A DNA stretch of 62,767 nucleotides, the filler included, from Chiloscyllium plagiosum (lineage: Eukaryota): NCBI RefSeq assembly GCF_004010195.1. It is 3 parts of 2 records of this genome, joined end to end, with 100 filler letters (N's around TTAATTAATTAA, not from the genome) between each part and the next. Parts side by side here need not be neighbours in the genome. Positions count along the whole stretch, not along the records: positions 1 to 28,561 come from NC_057716.1; 2 more parts are not named here. One strand, written 5' to 3'. Position numbers and translations under genes: made by a program. Below, one piece after another: positions 1-12,749 of this stretch; positions within the stretch are counted from its first letter, which is position 1; every line of letters begins with the position of its first letter. The notes beneath the pieces are model-generated. The model had not been told where the DNA came from and did no database searches. It saw only the letters and a list, made by a program, of their open reading frames with translations.

Positions 1-409
1 GGGTGGGTGGGGCGAGATCAGAGGGGGGCAGGGTGGACAGGGGGGTGGGGCAGAGGGGGGGCGGGACAAACACACTCCTGATGAAGACCTTATGCATGAA
101 ACGTTGATTCTCCTATTCAGTCTGAGTATGTTTAAAGTGGAGATTGATAGATACTGCTTAATAGACATACACAGGGTTATGGGGATGTGTAGTTCGAAGA
201 CAGTGAAGAGTTCAATCAGCCATGATCTACTGAATGGCAGGGCAGGCTCAATGGCCTACTGCTCTGTTCTTAAGCTGGAGGCTGATATTCAAAGTATGTA
301 AAAGTCAGCCTTGCTGCACTCACACTGACAAAGAGTCACAAATTTCAAACAGCTACACACTGAGCAAGAAAATCCGAGAGGATGGGGCTGGACTGCACAG
401 CTTCGAATT

Positions 410-1454
410 GATCCGTTGGATGTGGGATCACTCTTTGCTGTTGATCACTTGTGACTTAAGCTCTCGTCATGCAAGTTGTCCTGTTTGGCAGCTTCGCCAA
501 GTTGAATCCTCATTTTCAGATATGACTGGTGCTGCTCCTGGCATGCTCTCCTGTACTCTCCATGCAACCAGGGTTATTCCCTTAGCTTGAGTGTAGTGGT
601 AGAGTTAGGGCTATGCCAGGCCACAAAGTCTAATACTACTGTTAATGCCCCACAGCGCTTCCTGAATGGATGCCAAGTCTCGAGTTGCTGGATCTGTTAG
701 ACTTGTCGCATTCAGCACGGTGACATTACCACACAACATGGTGCAGGATATTTTCAATGTGAAGGTGGAACTGCCATCTCCTTAAGAACTGTGTGGTGGT
801 CACTCTTACTGACACTGTCATTCACCTGCAGTTGGCAGATTGATGAAGATTAGGTCAAATAATGTTTCCCCTGTTGTTGGCTCCCTCACCACTTGTCCTT
901 CAGTACCCAAAGAGCTTGATCTGTAGTGCTGCAGCCCCTCTTGGTGGTGGCCATTGAAACTCCCCAGGCAGAGTACATTTTGTGCCCTTGTCAGCCTCAG
1001 AGCTTCCTCTGAGGGCTGTTCAACATAGACGAGCAGCAAATCATCAGCTGAAGGTGGTAAATAGGAGGTTTCCTTGCCCATGTTTAACCTGAAGTCATAA
1101 GACTTCATGCAGTCTGGAGTCAATGTTGAGGACTCCCAAGGAACTCCCTCCCAACTATATACCACTGTATTGCCACCTCTGCTGAGCCTGTCCTGCCGGT
1201 GGAGCAGGACATGTCCATGGACTGTGATGATGGTGTCTAGGACATTGTCTGTAAGGCTTGATTCCATAAGGACGACTATGTTAGGCTGTTGCTAGACTAG
1301 CTGTGAGGTAACTCTCTCAATATGTGCATTAGTCCCCAGATGTTAATAAGGAGGACTCTGCAGAGTCAACAGGGCTGTTTTTGCCATTGTCATTTAAGGT
1401 GCTGAGGTCAAGCAGTGGTCTGACAGGTTTCATTTCTTTGCTTAGACTTTGTAA
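410..1454 (-). mobile_element. Old non-LTR retrotransposon (CR1/L2 group), APE endonuclease region; same family at ~61800-62560 (+), RT/3' parts at ~18330-18770 (+), 38600-39480 (+), 45775-46290 (-)
   Basis: HRQDRLSRGG, LGSFNGHHQ (GDFNxH) and EPTTGETLFDL (PTRGxxxLDL) in ORF 818-1267; parallel sequence at 61850-62250; QGSVL-type motif at ~18465. Confidence 0.75.
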
Positions 1455-2164
1455 TGTTATAATGGTGTAGAGAGGTACTGTACCTTTGAGAGAGACTGGA
1501 AGCTGGCACAGACTTAGAGACACAGAGCGTAGTGAAAGATAAAATGTAACATTTGACTGTGAAACCCAATAGTGCAGCTGAGTTGTCATGATTCAAAAAC
1601 AAATTCGGCCAATCAGTTTAAATTATACTCCAAGATACCAAAGTCCAATCAAATTTGAATTTAATATTTTGACAACATCAAAACCAATGAAATGATCCGA
1701 TGTTTTGGGGTATAAAGACAGGCATTTTGAACAGTTAGGGGGAGAACTGCCAAGAACACCAACAAATATAGACTGCTCGTTGAACCTGCGTATAAGAAAT
1801 TTGTGCAGCAGAACATCGAAACCGACCTAAAGACAAATCTACAGAGGGAAATCTACAAAGGGGAATCGACAAAGCTGACTGTTTTAAAAATCACATTTCA
1901 AAACCAATCTTAATCAGGTTTTTTTTTAAATTGGACCATCATTATAGAGTGGAGGTAAAAGGTCGGTTTAAAGAGAAAGGAGGTGTAAATAGCTGTTGTT
2001 TTAATGTCCTCTATTGGACTGAAAGAATAGTGTTGTTAATTTTTACTTTATTGAGACCACAAGGATAGCTTTTTGCCTCTTGAAATGTAACAGATTATGG
2101 CACTAGGTGAGCTTCTGTGTGTCGGGTTTAAATTAGAAGAGGGGTTTAACGTCTTGTCATAACA
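1455..2164 (+). mobile_element. Solo LTR inserted in an older LINE
   Basis: Perfect termini TGTTAT...ATAACA; flanks gtaa/ggaa (3 of 4 match); CCAAT at 1609, 1645, 1684 and TATAAA at 1711. The host repeat appears to resume after 2164. Confidence 0.65.
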
Positions 2165-2249
2165 GGAACAATCTTTGAAACAATCTGAGTGGCTCGCTAG
2201 GCCATGTCAGAAGGCAGTTGAAAGTTAACCACACAACAATTCTACAATT

Positions 2250-2575
2250 CTATTCTATGATAAATAGGGTTGACAGGAAGAAATGTCTCTGCTTGATGAA
2301 GGGATCAATGACCAGGGGGCAAAAGTTCAGGCAAGGGGCAGAAGGTTTAGATGAGATGTGAGGAAAGGTTATTTCAACCAGAGTGGTGGGAATCTGGAAC
2401 TCAATGCCTGTAAGGGTGGTAAAGGCAGAAACCTTCATAACATGTAACAAGTACTTAGATGTGCACATGAGATGCCAAAGCATTCAAGGCTGTGGGCCAA
2501 GTCTGGAAATTGGGAGTAGAATAGTTTTGGATGTTTTTTGAGCAGACACGGTGGACAGAAATGCCTCTTTTTGTT
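2250..2575 (+). mobile_element. CR1 LINE 3' end (similar short 3' ends at ~118-275, 5340-5480, 6955-7262, 12530-12740, 31100-31425, 55330-55570)
   Basis: ttcaaccagagtggtgggaatctggaactcaatgcctg (FxQRVVxxWNxLP) and aagtacttagatg pattern. Confidence 0.75.
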
Positions 2576-2707
2576 TTCCCATCCTGGAGATCTCTAACTC
2601 TGACATGGATCCCTGAACCATGCTCAGCAAGCACGGGAAAGCTCAAACTGATGAAAGGGCGTTTGATTACATTTTCCAACTGAGCTAACGCTGGGGTTCA
2701 CATTTAC

Positions 2708-2960
2708 CTGCTGTTCCATGTTCAGTTCCAGCTTCCTCCTCTTCTAAGTGCTCAAAAGCAGTCACAAAATCATCCTCAATGGACGAGACAGACTGATTGG
2801 TGTCATCATCTTCTGTGTGAAGGGTCAGTGCTGAGTGGCCATCTAGTGAAAACTGAATTGCTCTGGTGTATTTGCTGAGTGCAGAGAACACAGAGCTGTC
2901 GGTGAACTTTAGAGATGCTGGTAGGTGCCTCATTACACAGACCATTTCAGAAGGGGAATG
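2708..2960 (-). CDS. AKAP11: AKAP11(-like) coding exon 5; HSPSEMVCVMRH...LSKYTRAIQFSLD...EDDDTNQSVSSIEDDFVTAFEHLEEEEAGTEHGTA(G)
   Basis: 253 nt, acceptor T-run + aactgatttgcag, donor CAG|gtaaat (phase 1). DDDTNQSVSSIEDDFVTAFEHLEEEE is the diagnostic AKAP11 block. Downstream exons lie left of the window. Confidence 0.95.
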
Positions 2961-3912
2961 CTGCAAATCAGTTAAAAAAAAAAGACATTTCTTTAATGAC
3001 ACAAACAGACTTAAGAGAAAGTAGCAAATCCTCAGAAACAATTCTCAAGGAAACCTGACAACTACAGCATGTACAAGGTTGAAAATGGCTCTTGACAAAT
3101 GTTTCGCTCATTCAGGAACATTAGTCCAGCCATGAAGAAGAAGTCTCTCAAAGCTACACCATGTCGTGAGATTCAAGGATGTGCCTTATTCTTATGTGAG
3201 CAGATATAATGCTGTGATGCCTCCAACATTGACACTGGGAAGATCCATCTCTACTTGTTCTGAGACATGGCTGGCAGGCTCCCTCTTTCAACCACTATCA
3301 TCCACATGGTGATTGCAAATGATGGCTCTACCCATTATGAAACAGGACTCTCCTGGTAGGCCCCAGGGGGCCTTCCCCAGCTAGAAACACACTTGTTCTT
3401 GCACAGCAAAATATTCCAGAGGGAGACTTTACTGTCGTCACTGACGCCCTGCTGGACCAAGCCCCTTCCTTAGCAGTTTCTTATCAGGAAAAGTCACAAG
3501 GAAAATTGTCCCTTCATCATGGTTCAAGGCCATGATCTCATAGAAAGTGGCCTTGTGACACTCCTTCTCTTTCTCGATTATCCAAGTTGTGGTGTGTTTT
3601 GAGATACAAAATACCTGTGACCTGAAAACAAAAATCAAACTCAACTACATGGCTGCCAGAACAAGCAGTTTGCTCACTTAAAACAGGTCAAGTGGCCAAC
3701 AACTCTAGGTGGGTTCTGAAACACACAGAAATCGCTAGAGAAACTCCGCAGGCCTGGCAGCACCTGTGGGGAGAAAGCAGAGTTAATGTTTTGTGTTCAG
3801 GGAATTCAGTGACTCTTCATCAGACCAGTTCATTTTTTATAAATCATCTTGTGGGACATGGGCGCTGCTGGTTGGCCAGCATTTATTGCCCAACCCTAAT
3901 GCCTTATGCATT

Positions 3913-4214
3913 GGGCTCAGTGGTTAGCACTATTACCTCACAGCACCAGGGTCCCGGTTTCAATTCCCACATCGGGTCACTGTTTGTGTGGAGTTTGCAC
4001 ATTCTCCCTGTGCCTGCGTGGGTTTCCTCCCACAGTCCAAAGATGTGCCAGTTAGGTGAATTGGCCATGCTAAACTGCCCATAGTGTTCAGGGATGTGTA
4101 GGTTACGTGCATTAGTCAGGGTGAATGTACAGTAAAGTAGGAGAATGGATCCAGGAGGGTCGGTGTGGACTTGCTGGGCCAAGGGGCCTGTTTCCACACT
4201 GTAGGGATTCTATG
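3913..4214 (+). mobile_element. HE1-like tRNA-derived SINE
   Basis: A-box ggctcagtggttagc, B-box gtttcaattccc, core ggtgaattggccatgctaaa, CR1-like tail gggcctgtttccacactgtagggattctatg. Confidence 0.85.
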
Positions 4215-5834
4215 TCCTAAATACATGTACATTCCTCTCAACCTGCACTCAGGATAAAATTAAGGCTAAGATCATAAATCTGCATATTCCTCCTCCCAAG
4301 ATGAATTCCTTCCCATTTCTCTGCATTGAATCTCATTAGCCACCTGACCCTGGAAGTATTTGCCCTTTGGAGAACTGACAGGGATTTTGATCTGAACAAA
4401 TAAAAGCCAAAGGGCCAGTATATTACCTTGCCAGAACAGAAATTTATGTCTCCATTATCTTAAAAGCCCAAATGTTCAAATTGAGAGTCTTGCACAAAAT
4501 AGCAACAATATCAAACTAATGGTTGTGGAACCAGTCTGCGACACATTCAACTCCACAAACTCAATGCATCCATATCTGCCCAATTCCTGAGCCAGTAGCA
4601 AAATCCCATGAAAATGCACGGCACACAACGTGGAGGAAATGTACAAAGGAAGCTACAATTTCCAGATGCCAACGCCTCACAAGGCTGTGAAAACTTTGGC
4701 ATTCTTATTTGTACACATTCTTACTATTTCAAGCACAATGGCATGAAGATATTAACTTTAAGATCTGAATGAAAATCATAGATAATATGAACAACATCTC
4801 ATCTTGGAGGTGATATATGAAATAATTGTTGTGAAGTTGGGTAGAATGATTGTAGATTGGGAGACAGGAAGCTAAAGTTTGGTGTTTGTAAAATTGAAAA
4901 GCGAGGAAAGCTTTGTGTGGTGCCTTTAAGATGCTTTTTTCGTGAACTGCATTTTGAAAGTTTGCAAGTATATTGTGAGCCTGAACTGAAACATTTATAA
5001 TATTAAAAGTTAGCAGGCCCAGCAACAGTTTTTAACCAAGACAACAGGCTTTTGAATTTAGCTAATCAATCCAGGCACTTAGATACCAAAAACCTATTAC
5101 ATTTAAATCTGATGATTTTGACAACATAGGACCAATCCTATTGTAAGGAATACTGATATGCCATCAAGGGTATAAAAGAAGGGGGCAGTTGGACAAATAC
5201 CCCAGAGCTAACTGCCATCCACCAGAGCTAACGGCCTTCAGCGCGCTCTCTCTCTCTCTCTCTCAAAAATGTTAGCACAATTGCAGTTTCTCACTTGAGA
5301 TTAGCACCAATCAATTGGGGGCTAAAGCTTATAAAATTATGATATATGAATAGGAAGGGTTTGGAGGGATATGGGCCGGGTGCTGGCAGGTGGGACTAGA
5401 TTGGGTTGGGATATCTGGTCGGCATGGACGAGTTGGACTGAAGGGTCTGCTTCCGTGCTGTACATCTCTATGACTCTATGTTTAAGGTCTGTGGGTTTTG
5501 ATTGATAATAGTTGGCACTGTAGTTTTAAATATAGGGCAAATTAAGGAGGCCATGTGACCTCTGCTCATCAGTAAGCCTGGGTGCTTTGATTTTCTGAGA
5601 TCAAAGGAAGGCTCAGAATAGAGAACAAGGTCTTTCCACCAAGAGACAATGGTATCAGCTTACGAGTAGATTGCGTGTCTTCCAAAGACTCAAGGAGTTC
5701 TTACAGGTATAAAGTTATACCCAATTTCTTATTTACTGCAAATTAAAAGGGATTGGGATTAAGGCCAACTAATTAGCATCTCTACTGAGATTCAAATCTA
5801 CTACACCTCCCATTGTCACGAGGAACCAGTCATG

Positions 5835-6040
5835 TGGAGGAGCTGATGTTGGACTGGGATGGACAAAGTTAAAAATCACAATGCCAGGTTATAGTCCTTG
5901 GAAACACAAGCTTTTGGAGAGCTGCTCCTTTATCAGGTACTTGCTCCTTCATCAACTACCTGATGAAGGAGCAGTGCTCCAAAGGCTAATGCTTCCACAT
6001 AAACCTGTTGGCTATAACCTGGTGTCGAGTGATTGTTAAC
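5835..6040. mobile_element. Fold-back PLE-type element (family 2) with decayed hammerhead cores; related copy at ~30903-31092
   Basis: Inverted arms (ccaggttatagtcc / gctataacctgg); CTGATGA-A-GGAGC-AGT-GCTCC-AAAGGCTA at 5960. Confidence 0.7.
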
Positions 6041-8881
6041 TATGAGGAAACAAAGCAGAGGAAGGCAATTTGAGGTCAGGTTACAGGTTTCCGCTTATTG
6101 AAATGCTGCCGACAACAGTCCTGAATTGATGGGAGCCCAGGCACCGTCTTTAAATGACTGACCGCCTGCCCTCTCTCTCCAAACATTCCCTGGAGTTCTA
6201 CACAGGGGTGTACCCTAAACCCCCCCCTACCCCAGATAATCTCTCCAACATTGTCCTGGACAGGACAAAGGTGGAACCTGTCAAAAAGTTGTAGTAAAAA
6301 GGTGAGTGCGTGCGCTATTTGGAGACTTCCCCACCCCCCCCTGCAAAATTGTGCAGCAGCAGCTGTCCTGTTGTTGGTGTCCAGTCTGGCTGCTCTGGAG
6401 AGGGGGCGGGGGGTGGTGTTGGACAGGGTTGGGAGCGCAGGGAGTGGACAGGGTTGGACTCGGTTGTAATTAAGTTTCATGTGGTCTTTTGTTTTTACTG
6501 CTCCTCTGTTTTTATTTCATGAATAGTGTGTTGTACAAATACCCCCGGTGGGTGGCCTGACCACCTGCTGGTATGCTTATTAACTTTTGTCCATGTGTCG
6601 ACCTACATGCACTTTATGATACTGGTAAGAGGAATATGGTACGACAGTACCATTCTACTATATCAGGCAGAATGGAGATGGTTATTTTGTTGATTAATAT
6701 TTAATAATTGCCATATTCCTTTTTCCTTTTGTTGTTATTTTATAGAGAGATCTGGCTTGTTTGTCCACCTTTTGACTCATGCCAAGCATGAATTTCATCC
6801 CCTTTAAGTCAACTTCCTAATTTCATCTTAAAAAAATTCTTCAAAACTCAACCTACACACGAATATATATGGTACTTGTACTATAGAAGACTTTAGTCAG
6901 GTGAGGTATTTGCTACAATGTCAGAGGATGAGAGGCAGCATGTTACAAGTATATAAAATGGATAAGGTGGATAGTCAGAGTCTTTTTCCCAGGGTGGAAA
7001 TGACAAATACTAGGGGGCATACATTTAAGCTGAGAGGAGGAAAGGTTCAATGGAGATGTGTAAGGAAAGTCTTTTTTAAAAATAAAAAATATGGGGGTAG
7101 TCGGTGCCTGGAACATGCTGCCAGGGCAAGTGGTAGAAGGAGATACATCAGCAAAGTTTTAAGAGGCACATGAGCAGGCAGGTAACAGAGGACTACTGAC
7201 CATATGCAGATAGATTGGATTAGTTTAGCATGATATCATGGTGGACACAGACATAGTGGGCCATAGTGTTTCTTGCCTTCCAAGTGCAAGAAACAAAAGT
7301 CACCAAGCTTCCACCCTTAACCAGAAAAGGCATCAGTCATAACTGGTGCCTGGACTCAGAATGAAGATTTAATTCATAAACTTTTGTAGGAAACTGAAAT
7401 ATTTGCCTACCTTAGAGCTAGGAGAAGAGAACTACAGTACAAACCTCAGCGAAAGGAAATTCTTGGATCATAAGTCACTCGGCTGGGGAAGTAAAAAGGA
7501 ATCACGTCGCTGGAAATTTGAACTTTCAGTTAAGTATTGATCTCTGTGGAGGTTGTGACATTGTGATCGAACGGATTGAATTAATGAGTCATTGGTTTCC
7601 ACGATGAACAAGGAAAATAAGCATTGTATAAAGAACAAAGTAAAGAGCACTGACAGTCAAGGTACACGAACATTGCAGGATGATCTGGTCAAAGCCAAAA
7701 AAAAAGTGTAACCCAAACGAGATATTCACCAAGCAAAAACGCACGTGGGTATCTTCATCACTGATAAAAATAGGGGAATAAAAAGAAGTGACAAATTAAT
7801 CTTCACAATCATTGCGGTCCCGAAAAAAAGAGGGGACTTCACAGGGCCTTCATTTTCCCCATCTCATTTTTAAGATATAGGCTTCCAAGATTATTACAAG
7901 AAGGACAAAGACTGAAAGAAATTGCAAAGCAATGTCAAAAAAAGTTTGCTGACCAAAAGATGACCATGTTAAATGATTACCTAAACAGCAAAGATTACAA
8001 GTGTATCATCTCTATTAAATAATGCTGAATGGTGTGTTGAATTAAATAATACAATAGAGATTTAACATCCATGCAGGATGAGAGAAGATAGAGATAGATG
8101 ATAACCAAAGTTGATAATGGCAAGTGAGTGCAGTAAGGACACAGGGTAAGAATAAATCATTCCAGATAGCATTGGTCAGTTCTGTGTCTATTATAAGAAT
8201 GTGGTTGTCAGTTTACAGCCAAGAAAAGCTGCAGATTTATACACATCCAGGTGTTAGTCCGAAGGAGAATGTAACCAAGCTGCTGAACCAAAAAGCTTTG
8301 TTCATCCGATTTGTGTAACTTCAATTATAAACAGCATAGTTTCAGACAGACCTTCCTCTTTCCCAATTAATAACTGGATTACTCTTTCCTCACAGATGAA
8401 AAAAATAGTAAAAACTAGAATCAGTGATTCCAATGAACACAGATGATTTGCTGTAGAAGCATCTTTCCCAAAGCTCCAGAAGGTAGCCACTCCTGGTGAC
8501 TTCACATTTGTTCCCGATTCAGAAATCTCAGCTGGAAATCTGAAACCACCAAGCAGAACAACAAGGCTCAAAAATTAAGGCATCCAAATCAGCAAAATGA
8601 AGGAAGATCTCCACCAGAGGAGAAATGATATGCTTACTAGGCTAAGAGAAGCACTTTTCGCAACCAGATTCTGGCTCACACAAGGACTCATACAAGGATT
8701 TGCCAGAAATAGAGTCATGTACACCTTTTTAAATATGGGGTGGGTAACTAGTCATGCTCTGCTGTGGTGTAGTCGTGTGCTTCCACTGGACTTAAAGATA
8801 AAGGAAGATGCTGAATATAGCAAAATCCATTTGCTAGATTCAGGGAGATGAGGTGGAAATCCAACAGCACTGCAGGACATG

Positions 8882-9265
8882 GAGTCATAGAGACATACAG
8901 CATGGAAGCAGACTCTTTGGTTCACCTCTCCATGCAGACCACATATCTTGAATTAACTTAGTCCCATTTGCCAGCATTTGGCCCATATCCCTCTAAACCA
9001 TTCCTATTCATATACCCATCCAGATGCATTTTTAATTTTGCAACTGCATCAGCCTCCAACATTCCCTCTGGCAGCTCATTCCATATACGTACCACCCTCT
9101 GTGAGAAAGTTAACCTCAGGACCCTTTTAAACCTTTCCCCTCTCACCCTAAACCTAATTTTTGACTCTCCTTGGCTATTCAGCCCATCCATGCCCCTCAA
9201 GATGTTAGAAACCTCTACAAGGTCACCTCTCAGCCTCCGATGCTTCAGGGAAAACAGTCCCAGCT
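8882..9265 (-). mobile_element. CR1 LINE 3' end
   Basis: LGLFSLKHRRLRGDLVEV, FSQRVVRIWNELP, GYGPNAGKWD. Confidence 0.88.
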
Positions 9266-9589
9266 GCAAATACCATGGCAGCTGGTGGAATTTAAATTCA
9301 ATGTACCAATCTGGAATTGAAAGCCAGCCTCAATCATGGTGGTCAGGAAACTCAGTTGAAAACTCATGTGGTTCACTAACATCCTTTAGGGAAGAAAATC
9401 CACTGCTCTTTCCTGGTCTAGCTGACATGCAGACCCTTGATTCTTAATTGCCCTCTGAGATGGCCTTGAAAGCTACACACTTCAAGGATTGCCTGCAATG
9501 CCACAATCCATAGAGGAAAGCAGATAAAAGACCCACAGAACGGAAAGATGGCTTACTCTGTTACAGTTCATAAACCTCAAAAAAAAATT

Positions 9590-10018
9590 TGCATAAATAG
9601 GGTGCCTTTCACAGCCACAGGGCATTGCAGCCATAGAAATGCTCTTTGAAGCACAGCCACTTCTACAATGAAGGAAACACAGAAGTCGATACACACATAG
9701 CAAGTTCCCATAAACAATGTGATCGTAAGCTGTGATAAGCTGTGATATTTATTTTGGTTAAGGAATAATTGTTGGACAGGACATAGTGAAAAGGTGGTGA
9801 AATTCTCTGCTCTTCTTCAAAATGAATTTTCCTCTTTAAAGGGCAGTTGGGGCCTCAGGTTAACACGTCATCCAAAAGAGAGCACCTCTGACAGTGCAAT
9901 GTTCCCTCAGCAGTACACAGGAGAGGTGGTCAAGAGTTTGGTGTTCAAGACTTTGCAGCAGGACCTGAACACATAACCTTCTGACTCAGGAGTGAAGTTT
10001 GCTACCAACTAAACCAAG
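9590..10018 (-). mobile_element. Deu-domain SINE (SacSINE1/AmnSINE1-like), decayed; further copies at ~15310-15465 (-), 21228-21530 (+), 29935-30130 (+), 30545-30720 (-)
   Basis: Reverse complement has cactgtcagaggtgc..ttttggatgacgtgttaacctgaggcccc and ttgaagaagagcag; other copies show ttgctgtttatgggagc, cacttcaaaagtacttgattg, as remembered for the Deu domain. Confidence 0.7.
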
Positions 10019-10118
10019 ATCGCACTATACTCCTTTGCACAGACAAATCAAAAAGATCAAATCCTCCTGCCTGCAGATGGTCAAAGTATATCTAAGGTGA
10101 CTTTTTAATTGAAAGTCT

Positions 10119-11137
10119 GGGTGGCACAGTGGTTAGTACAGATGCCTCACAGCACCAGAGATTGATTCCAGCCTTGGTTGATGCTGTGTGGAATTTATAC
10201 ATTCTCCCTGTGATTGTGGGGGTTTCTGCCAGGTGCTCTGGTTTCCCCCCATGGTCCAAAGACGTGCAGGCACTGGTCATTGACTTCAAGAGGCAAAGTG
10301 GAGGACATGTCCCTGTCTGCATCAATGGTGCTGAGGTGGAGATGGTCAAGACTGTCAAGTTCCAGGGAGTCTTGATCACCAACAATCTGTTCTGGTTCAG
10401 ACGGTCAAGAAAGCACAACAATGCCTCTACTTCCGCAGGCGGCTAAGGAAATTTGGCATGACCACAAAGACGCTTAACAATTTTTACCGATGCACTATCG
10501 AAAGCATCCTGTCTGGATGCATTCGAGAGGTTTGGCAACTGCTCTTCCCAATACCACAGGAAACTACAGAGAATCATGAACACGGTCCAGTCCATCTCAC
10601 AAACCAGCCTTCCATCCATTGACTCCATCTATACTTCCGGCTACCTCAGGACAGCAACCAACATAATCAAAAGATTCCTCCCATCCCATATATACTCTCT
10701 TCCATCTGCTTCATCAGGCAGAAAATATAAAAGTTCTAATACATGTAAGAATAGATTAAAGAACAGCTTCTTCCCCGCTGTTTTCAGACTCTTGAACGGA
10801 CCTTTCAAATGTCAATTCTGATCTCTCGTTAGCCACACCTTCTCTGTAGCTGTGTTTTCTGCACTCTGTGTTCTGCTGCCCTGTTGCATTTTGTATGGTA
10901 CGAGATGCCAATACAGCATGCAAAAAGTAGTATTCACTGTATCTCAGTACATGTAACAACATTAAAGATTAGGTGGATTGGCCATGCTAAATTATCCCGT
11001 AGTGTCAGGGATGCCTAGGTAAGGTAGATTAGCCAGGGTAAGGATGGGGCAATGGGGATAGGGTGCGATGGGATGGTCCTTGGAGGGTCAGCAGATCCGA
11101 TAGGCCAAATAGCTTCCTTCTGCACTGTGGGGATTCA
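10119..11137 (+). mobile_element. HE1-like SINE split into 10119-10270 and 10967-11137
   Basis: Head ends ..ccaaagacgtgcagg and resumes attaggtggattggccatgctaaa after the Rex1 fragment. Confidence 0.8.
10272..10962 (+). mobile_element. Rex1/Babar-type LINE 3' fragment nested in a SINE
   Basis: LVIDFK..PVCINGAEVEMV..KFQGV, FYRCTIESILSGC, RLKNSFFPAVFRLLN; SINE halves on both sides. Confidence 0.8.
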
Positions 11138-11922
11138 ATTTAAAGTATTAAACCAAAGCGTGGAAGGGAGCAAGAGCCTTCCAATTCCAAAAGGGACCAA
11201 GGTTAACAAGCAGCAATAAAGAAGAACGTCAACATCTCAGGGCCAGTGTGACATCCTAATCACAATGTGTACAACTCTCCAGTTTGTCACAGGCATCTGC
11301 CTGTGGGGAGTAGCATCATCAGTGTGTATATACAAAGTGAGGGGTGAATGAAGTATGACGGCAGAAGACTTTCCCCACAGTAAAGTTAGGACTGAAAAAT
11401 ATATTGTCACGTGGCTGGTACAGCACAGAAACACTGATTCCACACAGGGAACCTGTGCAGGAAAACAAACAACAACAAATTTATAACCTAGGAAGCAATT
11501 TTGTAAAATTCTTGATGAAATGTATTCAGAAAATGGATGAATAGATACAACATTAAAAATAAACTTTCAAATAAATGCTACTTTATCAATGCAACAAGTC
11601 TTGCAGCTTTCTGGTCACTGTGTCAGTGATGTGCCTTGTTATCCATGTGCTTACATGGAGTTTAAAGTAGACTGTGTAACGTAAACCTTCACACAGTCAA
11701 AATAAAACTGGAAATAACTGTTCCCAATACGCTGCCTTTAATGAATATCTGATGTCAAAGATTTATATGCTTAATTGGAGTGGCTCTGAAATTTTAATTA
11801 TGATGATGTACCACAAACTGGAGACAGCAGAGCTTGGACTGGCCTGACAAACATTCTACATAGCGGTGTACAGGATAACTGAAATCCCAGTTTCACCCCA
11901 GAGGTTGTGTTGCAGTTATTAC

Positions 11923-12057
11923 CTGGCTAACAGTGTTCTCCTTTGTCCTGGAGTGTTTCTTCAAACCAGTCAAAAGAGCGATTTCAGTGTTCTTCAGCTT
12001 GTGGAGCTGTAATGAATTCAGCAAACCAGATAGCTCCGGATCAATAGCAGCCAGGGC
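11923..12057 (-). CDS. AKAP11: AKAP11(-like) coding exon 4; ALAAIDPELSGLLNSLQLHKLKNTEIALLTGLKKHSRTKENTVSQ
   Basis: 135 nt, acceptor ttcccttgcacag, donor CAG|gtaata, phase 0/0; aligns with AKAP11 DLAAVSLELPDILNSLHFCSLNENEII. Absent from the ORF track. Confidence 0.9.
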
Positions 12058-12749
12058 CTGTGCAAGGGAATCGAAAGTTGCAGAGAGCTCGTCACACCAA
12101 CCAATGTGGGTTTGAAGTAGGTCAAAAACAAATTACACACACTGAAGAATGGAAAGTGAGACTGTCCACTGCTGTACATCCTACACACTTCCTCAAATGA
12201 CTTTTCTGCACAATATCAGTCGTCCATATACAAACCTTGGGGGAAAATTTTGAACGATGCTAGTTAAGCACATGTACCACGGTGCTCTACCCTATCGGCT
12301 CCCACACCAGAAAAATTCCAGAAACACCATTTCCATTCAGTTGCCAACTTAGGTTTACAATACTCAAGAGTTCAGACCAGGGTGCTAACATTCCTCTTAA
12401 TCAGTTTAGCTCCTAAACTAAATTAGTTGCACTCAACCTGGAGAGGCACCAATATTCTGTCACGGAGGTTTGCTAAAATATCAGAGAAGGTTTAAATGAG
12501 TGTGGCAGGGATATGGGAACCAAAGCAGTTGGTCACAGGTGGTGGTGCACATATAGAACGAGCTGCCACAGGAAGTGGAGGAGGCGGGGACAATTACAAC
12601 ATTTAAGAGGCACCAGCATGGGTATATGAATAGGAAGGGTTGACAGCGATATGGGCCAAATGCTGGCAAATGGTCAGATTTGGGTGTCTAATTGGTGAGG
12701 GCCGAACGGTCTATTTTTGTAGTGTGCAACTCCTTGACTAGAGAATAGC

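Noticed and set aside
2708..2960. Assignment to SPHKAP
   Set aside because: The block reads TNQSVSSIEDDFVTAFEHL (AKAP11 type), not TNCSLSSIEEDFLTASEHL (SPHKAP type, as remembered).
2961..3041. N-terminal part of ORF 2685-3041
   Set aside because: Intronic read-through upstream of the acceptor; similarity to AKAP11 starts at 2960.
3913..3970. tRNA genes at SINE heads (also 10119, 34965, 48191, ~21850-21935)
   Set aside because: A/B boxes run straight into SINE bodies; no convincing cloverleaf or terminator.
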